A stretch of 32,000 bases of DNA from Trichodesmium erythraeum IMS101 (GTDB lineage: Bacteria; Cyanobacteriota; Cyanobacteriia; Cyanobacteriales; Microcoleaceae): the NCBI RefSeq assembly GCF_000014265.1, contig NC_008312.1, forward strand, positions 6,870,001-6,902,000, read 5' to 3'. The position numbers were made by a program, and so were the translations under genes. The notes beneath the pieces are model-generated. The model saw nothing but the letters and a program-made list of their open reading frames with translations. It was not told the origin of the DNA and searched no databases. Shown here in pieces: positions 19,084-27,391 of this stretch (position 1 is its first letter; each line of letters begins with the position of its first letter).

Positions 19084-20832
19084 ATGACTAAAATAATCCT
19101 GAACGTTCTTAAGCAAACTCCAGGTGCGTTCAGTGCAGCTGCATTATTAATAGCTAATTCGGCTTTAGCTAATCAGGTTTCTGTAGAACAACTGGCTAAT
19201 GCTCAAAATATCAATACCAATACAACTACTCAGTTACCTGCAGAGCCACAAAATAATACTACTTCAGAAGACGTAGTATCAGGAGATAGTCGGTTGCAAA
19301 AACTTCAAGACCCTTCCCTCAAAACTCCAGGAGCTGAATTAGAGCAAGCAGACCCAATGGGACAAGTAACATCTGTATCTCAGTTATCAGATGTACGACC
19401 TACTGATTGGGCTTTCCAAGCTTTGCAATCTCTAGTAGAACGTTACGGTTGTATTGCTGGTTATCCAGACGGTACTTATAAAGGTAATCGGGCAATGACT
19501 CGTTATGAGTTTGCAGCAGGTTTAAATGCCTGTTTAGAGAGAGTTACAGAGTTAATTGCTCTTGCAACTGCAGATTTAGTAACTCGTGATGATTTGGCTG
19601 TTTTACAACGACTTCAAGAAGAGTTTGCTGTAGAATTAGCAGAGTTGCGTGGTCGTGTTGATGCCCTTGAAGCTAGAACAGCAGAACTTGAAGCGAATCA
19701 ATTCTCTACAACTACTAAGCTCAATGGTGAAGTTCTATTTTGGGTGACTGATACTTGGGGAGAACGAGCAGAAGCTCGTGGTGAACCACAAAGTGAAAAC
19801 GATAGAACTGAAGCTGCATTAGGTTATCGGGTTCGTTTGAACTTTGACACTAGCTTTATGGGTAAAGACCGCCTCAGAGCTCGTTTACAGGCCAGAGATA
19901 TTCCTAACTGGAGTGCCCGGGATTTAACTAATACTCTTATGACCAGATTGGGTACAGATGAAAGTGACCCTGACGATACAGTGGTTCTTGATAAATTGTT
20001 TTATCAGTTTCCTGTTGGTGATCAATTACAGGTAATTATTGGCCCTCAAGGGGTTGAAGTCGATGACTTTCAGACTGTCTTATCTCCCTTTGAAAGTAGT
20101 GGTTCTGGCGCTACTTCAAGATTTGGACGATATAACCCTACTGCCTATCGTGGACCTGATGATGGAGGACTAATTGTTCAATACAAACCTGCTAAACAAT
20201 GGCAAATTAATGCTGGTTATTTAGCTGGAGAGCCAGAAAATCCTCGAGAAGGAAATGGTTTATTTAATGGTGAACATAGTGCGTTTGGTCAAGTTGCATT
20301 TGAACCTAATTCCAAGCTAGCTTTTACAGTTAACTATGTTCGTAAGTATTTTATTAAGGATGAGGTTAATGTTACCTCTAGTACAGGAAGTTTCCGAGCA
20401 CGAGACCCTTTTGATGGCAGACGAACTACGGCTGATAATATTGGACTTGAAGCTCAGTGGAAGCTTAACGATCATGTCCAAATTGGGGGTTGGTTTGGTA
20501 CTACCTGGGCGCGTCCTGAAGATGGTAATAATGATGATGATGATGACATCACTATTATTAATGGCGCACTTACAATTGCTTTTCCTGACTTATTTAAAGA
20601 CGGTAGCTTAGGAGGAATTATTGTTGGTGTACCACCAATTATTACAGATGGTGGTAATGATGATAATTTGAAAGACCCTGATACTTCTGTCCATGTTGAA
20701 ATTTTCTATCGTTATGCGATTAATGACTTTATAGCAATTACACCTGGTTTGTTTGTGATTACTAATCCCAATCACGATGAGGATAATGAAACTCTTTGGG
20801 TAGGTAGTTTGAGAACCACCTTTAAGTTCTAG
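19084..20832 (+). CDS. Cyanobacterial outer-membrane porin (SLH + OprB-like), tandem paralog of 16447..18165
   Basis: The domain order is the same as in porin 1. The SLH and coiled-coil segment is nearly identical (DVRPTDWAFQALQSLVERYGCIAGYPDGTYKGNRAMTRYEFAAGLNACLERV). The barrel is diverged and ends in RTTFKF. Confidence 0.9.
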   Translation: MTKIILNVLKQTPGAFSAAALLIANSALANQVSVEQLANAQNINTNTTTQLPAEPQNNTTSEDVVSGDSRLQKLQDPSLKTPGAELEQADPMGQVTSVSQLSDVRPTDWAFQALQSLVERYGCIAGYPDGTYKGNRAMTRYEFAAGLNACLERVTELIALATADLVTRDDLAVLQRLQEEFAVELAELRGRVDALEARTAELEANQFSTTTKLNGEVLFWVTDTWGERAEARGEPQSENDRTEAALGYRVRLNFDTSFMGKDRLRARLQARDIPNWSARDLTNTLMTRLGTDESDPDDTVVLDKLFYQFPVGDQLQVIIGPQGVEVDDFQTVLSPFESSGSGATSRFGRYNPTAYRGPDDGGLIVQYKPAKQWQINAGYLAGEPENPREGNGLFNGEHSAFGQVAFEPNSKLAFTVNYVRKYFIKDEVNVTSSTGSFRARDPFDGRRTTADNIGLEAQWKLNDHVQIGGWFGTTWARPEDGNNDDDDDITIINGALTIAFPDLFKDGSLGGIIVGVPPIITDGGNDDNLKDPDTSVHVEIFYRYAINDFIAITPGLFVITNPNHDEDNETLWVGSLRTTFKF

Positions 20833-20860
20833 TAATGTTGATTAATTAACTAAAAATAAA

Positions 20861-20900
20861 AGTAGGGTAAGGATATAATTTAGTCTATACCTACTTTTTT
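20861..20900 (+). terminator. Candidate intrinsic terminator between the convergent porin-2 and kinase genes
   Basis: AGTAGG (20861-20866) pairs with CCTACT (20890-20895), with TA/TA extending the stem. A T6 run follows. The upstream side is A-rich, so it could act on both strands. The loop is long (about 20 nt), which weakens the call. Confidence 0.4.
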
Positions 20901-21113
20901 CTTATATATTAATTTCAGCATAAAATCAGGTATTAGATTATGTCTGGTAACATCATTTGTTTATAAAACTTAAGTATGGTTTCCTCTTTTTTGTCTTTTT
21001 AAAATGATAACTGAAATGATATTTATGATTTGATCCCACAAAGGATAATTTTGGGGATTTCACGATTTTTGATCTTACCTGAATATATTGGTTTCAGGAA
21101 TAGTGAAATAGGT

Positions 21114-23210
21114 TTATGGTATTCGCCAAACTTTGAGAGTTTGATCTAGACTACCACTTATTAAGGTTTTGCCATCGGGAGTAATAGCAAGAGAACTTAT
21201 TTGTTGTGAATGACCAAAAAATGTCTGTATTTTTTCTTTGGTAATTAGATTCCAAATAGTAATTTTGTCACCACTACAAGCTATCGTTTGGCTATCAGGA
21301 CTGAAAACAAGAGCTTTAACTTTACCTACATTTGCTTTAATTACAGTTTTCTCTTTTCTTGTATTAAAATCCCATAGTTTAATGGTACCATCATTACTCC
21401 CGCTAGCTAAGATTTGATTATCTGGACTAATAGCGATCGCATTAACTGCCTGTGTATGACCTTGTAAAGTTTGTCTGCGAGTAAGTGTACTTGGATCCCA
21501 CAATCTAATGGTACCGTCACTACTACCAGTAAATAAAGTTTCCCCATCTCGGCTAAAAGCTAGAGCATTTACTTCAGATTCCTTATCTGGTAAGCGAGTA
21601 AGTATTCGACTACCTGTTTGAATGTTCCACAGCTTCATTAATTTATCACTGCCAACACTTACTAATGTCTGTCCATCTGGGCTAATGGCAACTGTATTCA
21701 GTTGACCATTATGACCTAGGATATCCTTTAAGAGTTTACTATTTTTGAGATCCCATATTTTGATAGTTTTGTCTGTACTGCCACTTACTAATATTTCATC
21801 ATTAGGACTTATTGCCAGGGTAGTTATTTTATCTGCATGAGCATCTTTAATATTGTTTTTTAGTTGCCGAGTCTTGAGGTTCCAAATTTTGATGGTATTT
21901 AAGCCACTACTGACTAAAGTTTGACCATCTTGTGTCAGAGCGATCGCATTTACTTCTCCAATATAACTATCTAAGGTTTTGTCTAAAAATCGACTACTTT
22001 TCAAACCTCGCAATAAAAAAACCGGATTAGTCGGAAATATGTTGTAGCGCCAAAAGCCATAAAACTGAAAAGTGGCCCCTCCCAATAGCAACATTGTTAA
22101 CCCTATGACTAGGTTATTTATTAATCTAATTATTGACTTATTACTAAATGTTTTTGTAGTTGTTTTTGTTTTTGTTTTTGTTTTTGTTTTGAATTTTGTC
22201 TTGACTTTTTGCTTAGTTTTAGTTCTTTCTGTTAATACTTTTGGATCTTCCCTAGTTGCATAACTTTGTTGACCAGCAGTATAACTCCGAGAATTATCAG
22301 TTATGCTATTTTTTGTTTTGATCTCTGCCAGACACTTCAAAATCACTTTTGGTTTTTGAGGTCTATTACCCGGAAAAGGTGCCATTAAATAATCTATGAC
22401 ATCTTTCAATTCTGTTGATATTTCAGGGGCATATTTTTGCCATTGTAGCTTTCCGGAGCGTGGATTTTCGGGAAAACTTGTTGGGGATTTACCTGTTAAT
22501 AAATATACAAAAGTACGTCCTAAAGCAAAAAAATCTGATTGAGGTACTGCTTTGCCATTCGTTTGCTCTGGAGCTGTATAACCTGGAGAAACAATTCCTG
22601 TAACATTTTGCCCAAGATCAACTTTTACCAAGTAAGTCTCAGATACCTCTCTCACTGTGCCAAAATCTATCAACACCAATTGACCATCTGGCTTGCGCAT
22701 GATGTTTTGAGGCTTAATATCTCGATGGAAATACTTTTTATTATGAACTTTGTCCAATATTTCCGATAATTGTGTGAGCCAATCTATTGCTTGAGTTTGA
22801 TTGATGGACTTATGGCGTCGACTCTTCATCCAATCCATCAAATTCGAGCCGTGGATAAATTCCATTACCAGGCAGTGTAAAGGCTCTTTACTATCTGCTG
22901 TTTTGAATGTAAAATAACCATCTTTCTCTATTTTAGGAATACCTGGATTTCGTAAACTGATAAGTACCTGTGCTTCCTGTTGAAACAGAGATATAGCTTT
23001 TGGATGATTTTTCAGTAATACCTTAAGAACTTTTTGTACCCCTCGATCTTCTATAAGATAAGTTTTACCAAAACCTCCACCCCCAAGGGGCTTGATAATA
23101 CGATACCGATTTTGCAGCACCAGTTGTGAGCCACATTGGCAACAGATGCGTTGACCACTATTAAGTGGATCGGAGGGGTCGGGGCAATTGGGATTAAGGC
23201 AGTAACTCAC
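21114..23210 (-). CDS. Ser/Thr protein kinase with N-terminal 4-Cys zinc-ribbon prefix, KT-rich linker, TM helix and C-terminal WD40 repeats
   Basis: GTG start. The 4-Cys prefix is CLNPNCPDP...CCQCGS. Kinase motifs are GGGGFGKTY, HRDIKPQN, DFG and TAPE. The linker reads KTKQKVKTKFKTKTKTKTKTTTKT and the TM helix is LINNLVIGLTMLLLGGATF. About seven WD40 units follow (repeated IKIWDL, LWDP and IKLWDF patterns). Confidence 0.9.
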   Translation of the reverse strand: MSYCLNPNCPDPSDPLNSGQRICCQCGSQLVLQNRYRIIKPLGGGGFGKTYLIEDRGVQKVLKVLLKNHPKAISLFQQEAQVLISLRNPGIPKIEKDGYFTFKTADSKEPLHCLVMEFIHGSNLMDWMKSRRHKSINQTQAIDWLTQLSEILDKVHNKKYFHRDIKPQNIMRKPDGQLVLIDFGTVREVSETYLVKVDLGQNVTGIVSPGYTAPEQTNGKAVPQSDFFALGRTFVYLLTGKSPTSFPENPRSGKLQWQKYAPEISTELKDVIDYLMAPFPGNRPQKPKVILKCLAEIKTKNSITDNSRSYTAGQQSYATREDPKVLTERTKTKQKVKTKFKTKTKTKTKTTTKTFSNKSIIRLINNLVIGLTMLLLGGATFQFYGFWRYNIFPTNPVFLLRGLKSSRFLDKTLDSYIGEVNAIALTQDGQTLVSSGLNTIKIWNLKTRQLKNNIKDAHADKITTLAISPNDEILVSGSTDKTIKIWDLKNSKLLKDILGHNGQLNTVAISPDGQTLVSVGSDKLMKLWNIQTGSRILTRLPDKESEVNALAFSRDGETLFTGSSDGTIRLWDPSTLTRRQTLQGHTQAVNAIAISPDNQILASGSNDGTIKLWDFNTRKEKTVIKANVGKVKALVFSPDSQTIACSGDKITIWNLITKEKIQTFFGHSQQISSLAITPDGKTLISGSLDQTLKVWRIP
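22162..22190. repeat. In-frame hexanucleotide microsatellite (GTTTTT)4.8 encoding the (KT)n linker of the kinase
   Basis: Read directly: GTTTTT units begin at 22162, 22168, 22174, 22180 and 22186. Confidence 0.9.
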
Positions 23211-23344
23211 AGAAGCCGGATACCCAGATTTATATAGCTTTGCTTTATTATAGTATACCTTGAATATAGTCTGATTTTACATTTCTGCTATTTTTTTGAC
23301 ATAAATCTACATATTTTTCAGAACTAGTTAAAATTATCAATTTT

Positions 23345-23734
23345 TTATAATTTTAAGTTCCAACCACTGATCGCTATACAACTCCATCCCACTATCAATG
23401 CTATTCCACCTATAGGTGTAATGGCTCCTAACCATTTTATTCCAGTTATACTCAGAACATATAAACTACCAGAAAAAATTGCTATTCCAGCAATAAAGGC
23501 ATATCCAGACACCACCATTGAAGATGATGGTGGATCTTCCATTGTTAATAAAAAAGATACCATTAATAATGCTAAGGAATGATACATTTGTATATTAGCC
23601 CCTGTTTGAAAAATATCAAGAGAGTATTGACTTAGCTTGTCTTTCAAAGCATGGGCAGCGAAAGAATCAGCTACTACAGATAGACCTCCCAATATAGATG
23701 CAATTACTAAAAAAATCTTTGAAATTTTTGTCAT
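23345..23734 (-). CDS. DUF423 (YgdD-like) small membrane protein
   Basis: The 129-aa product has four hydrophobic helices and an N-terminal pattern typical of DUF423 (GGLSVVADSFAAHALK ... ANIQMYHSLALL). Confidence 0.75.
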   Translation of the reverse strand: MTKISKIFLVIASILGGLSVVADSFAAHALKDKLSQYSLDIFQTGANIQMYHSLALLMVSFLLTMEDPPSSSMVVSGYAFIAGIAIFSGSLYVLSITGIKWLGAITPIGGIALIVGWSCIAISGWNLKL

Positions 23735-23880
23735 TAATTGTGTACTGCTTCATGCAGCAAATAAGGAGCAAATGATGTATAAAGTAGATAGTGAGTTATG
23801 TATTATGGGCATATTATTCCCCTAGCTGTACCTTAATAACATAACAAAGCAAAGGGCTGTAAGCGCAATTAGTTAAGTAC

Positions 23881-23901
23881 TCAGTTGTCAGCTATCAGTT
23901 A
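23881..23901. repeat. Three tandem heptamers TCAGTTG/TCAGCTA/TCAGTTA
   Basis: Read directly. The units are related to the AGTTATC heptamers upstream of hsdR and to the TAGCTGA x2 at 1076-1089. Confidence 0.5.
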
Positions 23902-24704
23902 TTGACTCTCCTTCTTTTGGTTTTAGATAAAAGCAGAGTTGAATATACGACAAAAACATTGCCTTATTACTGATAGCTGAATTCTTACTCAATTAGTTTC
24001 TGAACTCTTCTCAACTTTTTAATTCTTCTCTCAGTTTCTGTGATTGAAAAAAATCCAGTCTCAAAGTTATCCTTTAAAAGTTGGGGAAAAAAATACTCAA
24101 TTAAATATCAATTAAATATTTGAATCTGAATACTTTAATTAGATGTACTATTTTCGTAGGTACATAAAAAACCCTGTTTCGTACCCAGGAGAATAATATC
24201 AAGGATGCAAAAAAAATGTGTTCAAATAGTAAGAGCGACAAAAAGAATTTATAGGCTCTCTCCATTTGACAAAAAAAATAATTTATCACCTGAGAATGGT
24301 ATTGAAGCCATTCATTCTGACTCATAACTCATGAGGCCTAACTCCTAAAAAGTTCTCTATTCATAAAGCAAATATTGATAAACCTTGGTATAACGAATAA
24401 TTTTTTTCCTACGCGATATAAAAAGCGAAGCTTTGACCAAAGATACTAACTGATAACTTAAATTACTTTTGTATCTAATTTTATAAATATTAAAACCTTT
24501 AGATAACTACGATTATTTTGATTTTTATTCATGCTTTACCCATGATTTTTTCCTGAATTCATAACCTCCTAATTATCATTAATAATATTGATATTTTATT
24601 GACTATTTTTCACTAGAGTTTTACTTACGACTTCTCAGAAAATTTTTATTGATATTAAATACAGTTAAAACTTAATTAAACTATAATTTTATTAAACATT
24701 TTTT

Positions 24705-25391
24705 TTACTTGCGAACAGTTTCTAGTAAACGAGAATAATAGAAACTTGTGCTGGTCATTGATTGTCTTTGGATAGAAAAACCATTACTTTCAATAATTTT
24801 GATAATATCAGTTTCCCGATGCTGATAAGCACGAGTAGTTTTACTTGGCCCAGGAAATAACTCTCCAACTTTTTTCAATATACTTAAAGCGAGAGTTTTT
24901 GGTGCAAAGCTAATAATTAACCGTGACTCTGCTAGAGAGATCAAATGATTAATCATAGTTGCAACTTGGTCTTGAGAATAATGAATCAACACATCTAAAC
25001 AAACAACTGTATGATACTTACCGCTTAAAGTTTCTAAGTCTTGAGCTACAAAATTAATATTATCTATATTGATTAAACTAGATTTGGCACGCTGATATGC
25101 CTCCAATACCATTTTTTCTGATATATCACTACCATAAATAACTGCTCCAGATTTAGCTAAAGGAATACTCAAACTACCAACCCCACAGCCAGCATCGCAT
25201 ATTGATAACCCTTGTAGATTATCATCTGCTTGCAACCAATTGAGGACAGTATCAATGGTTTGCTGATGCCCTTTCCTAATATCTAATTGTACCTTATTTA
25301 CTTGGCCATCTCCATAAATTCTTTGCCATCGGTCAAAACCAGTGGAATTAAAATAATCTCTAACAATTCTTTTGTCGTCTGTTTTTGTCAT
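24705..25391 (-). CDS. chlM: Magnesium-protoporphyrin IX O-methyltransferase
   Basis: The 228-aa product has the ChlM-specific N-terminus VRDYFNSTGFDRWQRIYG and the SAM-binding motif ICDAGCGVGSLSIPLA. The length matches cyanobacterial ChlM. Confidence 0.9.
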   Translation of the reverse strand: MTKTDDKRIVRDYFNSTGFDRWQRIYGDGQVNKVQLDIRKGHQQTIDTVLNWLQADDNLQGLSICDAGCGVGSLSIPLAKSGAVIYGSDISEKMVLEAYQRAKSSLINIDNINFVAQDLETLSGKYHTVVCLDVLIHYSQDQVATMINHLISLAESRLIISFAPKTLALSILKKVGELFPGPSKTTRAYQHRETDIIKIIESNGFSIQRQSMTSTSFYYSRLLETVRK

Positions 25392-25589
25392 TTTTCTATT
25401 TAATTTTACAGTGATTCTTAAGTCAACCTACAAAGTGTTATATCATATCAAAGTCAGCTTTGATATTACAAGTTTCTAAGTGGGAGCCCATCAATGGTAT
25501 ACAAAAAAATTAACTTGATTATTATGCCTGATTTTGGGAAAAAAAATTATCACTATTAAAATTGAATTAGCTAACTTTAGTTCTGAGAA

Positions 25590-26672
25590 ATGCTTAACAA
25601 ACTAAATTTATTTACTTTTATTGCTATAAGCTGTGTCATTAATATCTTTTTACCAGCGCAAGCCGAAAAATTACGAGTTGGTGTAGCTGGAGCCGCTCCT
25701 TTTGTAATCAAGGATAATGTTTTTAAAGGTATTAGTGTTGAGATATGGAAAGAATTAGCTTTATCCGAAGGACTGGAATATGAGTTTGTGCCGCAAAATA
25801 GTGTAGCTAATAGTATTGACAGTATAAATAAAGGTGAACTGGATATTATTATTGGGCCAATAAGTATAACTTCTGAGCGCTTAGAAAAAGTTGCTTTTAC
25901 TCAACCCTACTTTTATGCCAAAATTGGTTTATTAGCTAGCCCTGAGAGTCCTACTGTCTGGAGTATAATTAGACCTTTTTTTGGCCTGGCCTTTATTTCT
26001 TCAGTTTGTTTGTTAACAGTTTTATTATTTATAATGGGTAACCTTCTGTGGTTAGCCGAAAGAAGGCGTAATAAAGAACAATTTCCTCCAAATTATTTCC
26101 ATGGAGTAGGCAATGCTATGTGGTTTGCTTTGGTAACTTTAACCACGGTAGGATATGGCGATATGACTCCAGTTACTAAATCTGGGCGTATTATTACTGG
26201 AGTATGGATGGTTCTTACTACAGTGACAATTTCTTCTTTGACTGCTGGTATAGCTACGGCTTTAACTGTTTCTTTAACTAATCAAAGAGTTACAGAGTTT
26301 AGTTATCCTCAAGATATTAAGGATGCAAGAGTTTCTGTTATTAAAGGTTCTACTGGAGAGAAGTGGGCTAAGCAATATGAGGCGCGTATTAATCAGACTG
26401 AGACTTTAGTAGATGCAATTAATTTACTCAAGTTAAATGAAGTGGATGGTGTGATTTTTGATGTTCCTGCTCTTCAATATTATTTACGTAATGATCGTGA
26501 ACAGCGCTTAAAGTTGTCCCCAGTTAATTTTGCTGATGAACCTTATGGTTTTATTGTATCTCTTGATAACTCTTTTATCAAAAATCTTGATATTAAACTT
26601 TTAGAAATGCGAGAAAATGGCAAGATTAGAGAGATAGAATCTAAGTGGTTGTCTAGTTCTAAAGATAATTAG
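25590..26672 (+). CDS. GluR0-type ligand-gated potassium channel (periplasmic binding-protein fold split by an M1-P-M2 pore)
   Basis: After a signal peptide comes SBP lobe 1 (LRVGVAGAAPFVIKD ... FTQPYFYAKIGLL). This is followed by M1, a pore helix with the K+ selectivity filter TLTTVGYGD (nt 26142-26162), and M2. SBP lobe 2 follows (VIKGSTGEKWA ... DGVIFDVPALQYY). There is no third TM helix, as in Synechocystis GluR0. Confidence 0.85.
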   Translation: MLNKLNLFTFIAISCVINIFLPAQAEKLRVGVAGAAPFVIKDNVFKGISVEIWKELALSEGLEYEFVPQNSVANSIDSINKGELDIIIGPISITSERLEKVAFTQPYFYAKIGLLASPESPTVWSIIRPFFGLAFISSVCLLTVLLFIMGNLLWLAERRRNKEQFPPNYFHGVGNAMWFALVTLTTVGYGDMTPVTKSGRIITGVWMVLTTVTISSLTAGIATALTVSLTNQRVTEFSYPQDIKDARVSVIKGSTGEKWAKQYEARINQTETLVDAINLLKLNEVDGVIFDVPALQYYLRNDREQRLKLSPVNFADEPYGFIVSLDNSFIKNLDIKLLEMRENGKIREIESKWLSSSKDN

Positions 26673-26710
26673 TAAGAGGTGCTAAATCTTTATTTAGCTA
26701 TGGATAAATG

Positions 26711-27391
26711 GGTGAGTATACTATTCTTTGTTTAAGCCTTTTTTCCTAATAGTTATTTATGTAAAATAGTTCAGATAAAATAAAGTATTAGTTAACTATT
26801 CTAATTTTTTTATTCCCTGTAAGTTGACTATGTTATTCTATATACTCAATGTTCGCGAATAGAACTGTTTTATATATAGATTTTTTACGTTTTTTTCAAG
26901 CATTTTTTCCTGATAATATTTAAGATTAAATTAGGTATTAATTAACTATTATCAATCTTTTTTCCTAATGAATTAACAATTTTATTCTATATTTTCAGGA
27001 ATAAAACATAGCTTTACAGGGATTTTTATACGGAAAACTGATTAGTATATAGTATTTTTTAAAGTAGTTTAATATTAATAATAGTCAATATTTAATCAAG
27101 TCTTAATTAATATAAATAGAAAAATTGAAAAGGATTTTAAGAGGAAGAAACGGATTAATATATAGTATTTTTTTAAAGGATTTTGCTATTAATAAACGGG
27201 TTAGTATTTAGTATATAGTGATTTTTTGAAGTAGTTTAATATTGCTCATAGCCAAGATTAAATAAAGTATTAATTAAATAGAAAATTTTGATTGCATATA
27301 AATTGAATATATTATTCTATATTTTCATAAGTTAAATATTACTAAATCAAGATTTTTCCACGGATAAACGGATTAGTATATAGTTATTTTT
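26711..27391. repeat. Four to five decayed tandem copies (about 48-165 bp each) of the hsdR 3' end plus its 3' flank
   Basis: The genuine gene end contains GATTAGTATATAGTTATTTTTCTAAGCATTTTTATCTTGCTCGTAGTCAAGATTAAATAAAGTATTAATTAACCATTC (27371 onward). Recognisably related strings recur starting near 27199, 27152, 27041, 26870 and 26715. One example is TGCTCATAGCCAAGATTAAATAAAGTATTAATTAAATAG at 27243-27281. Confidence 0.7.
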
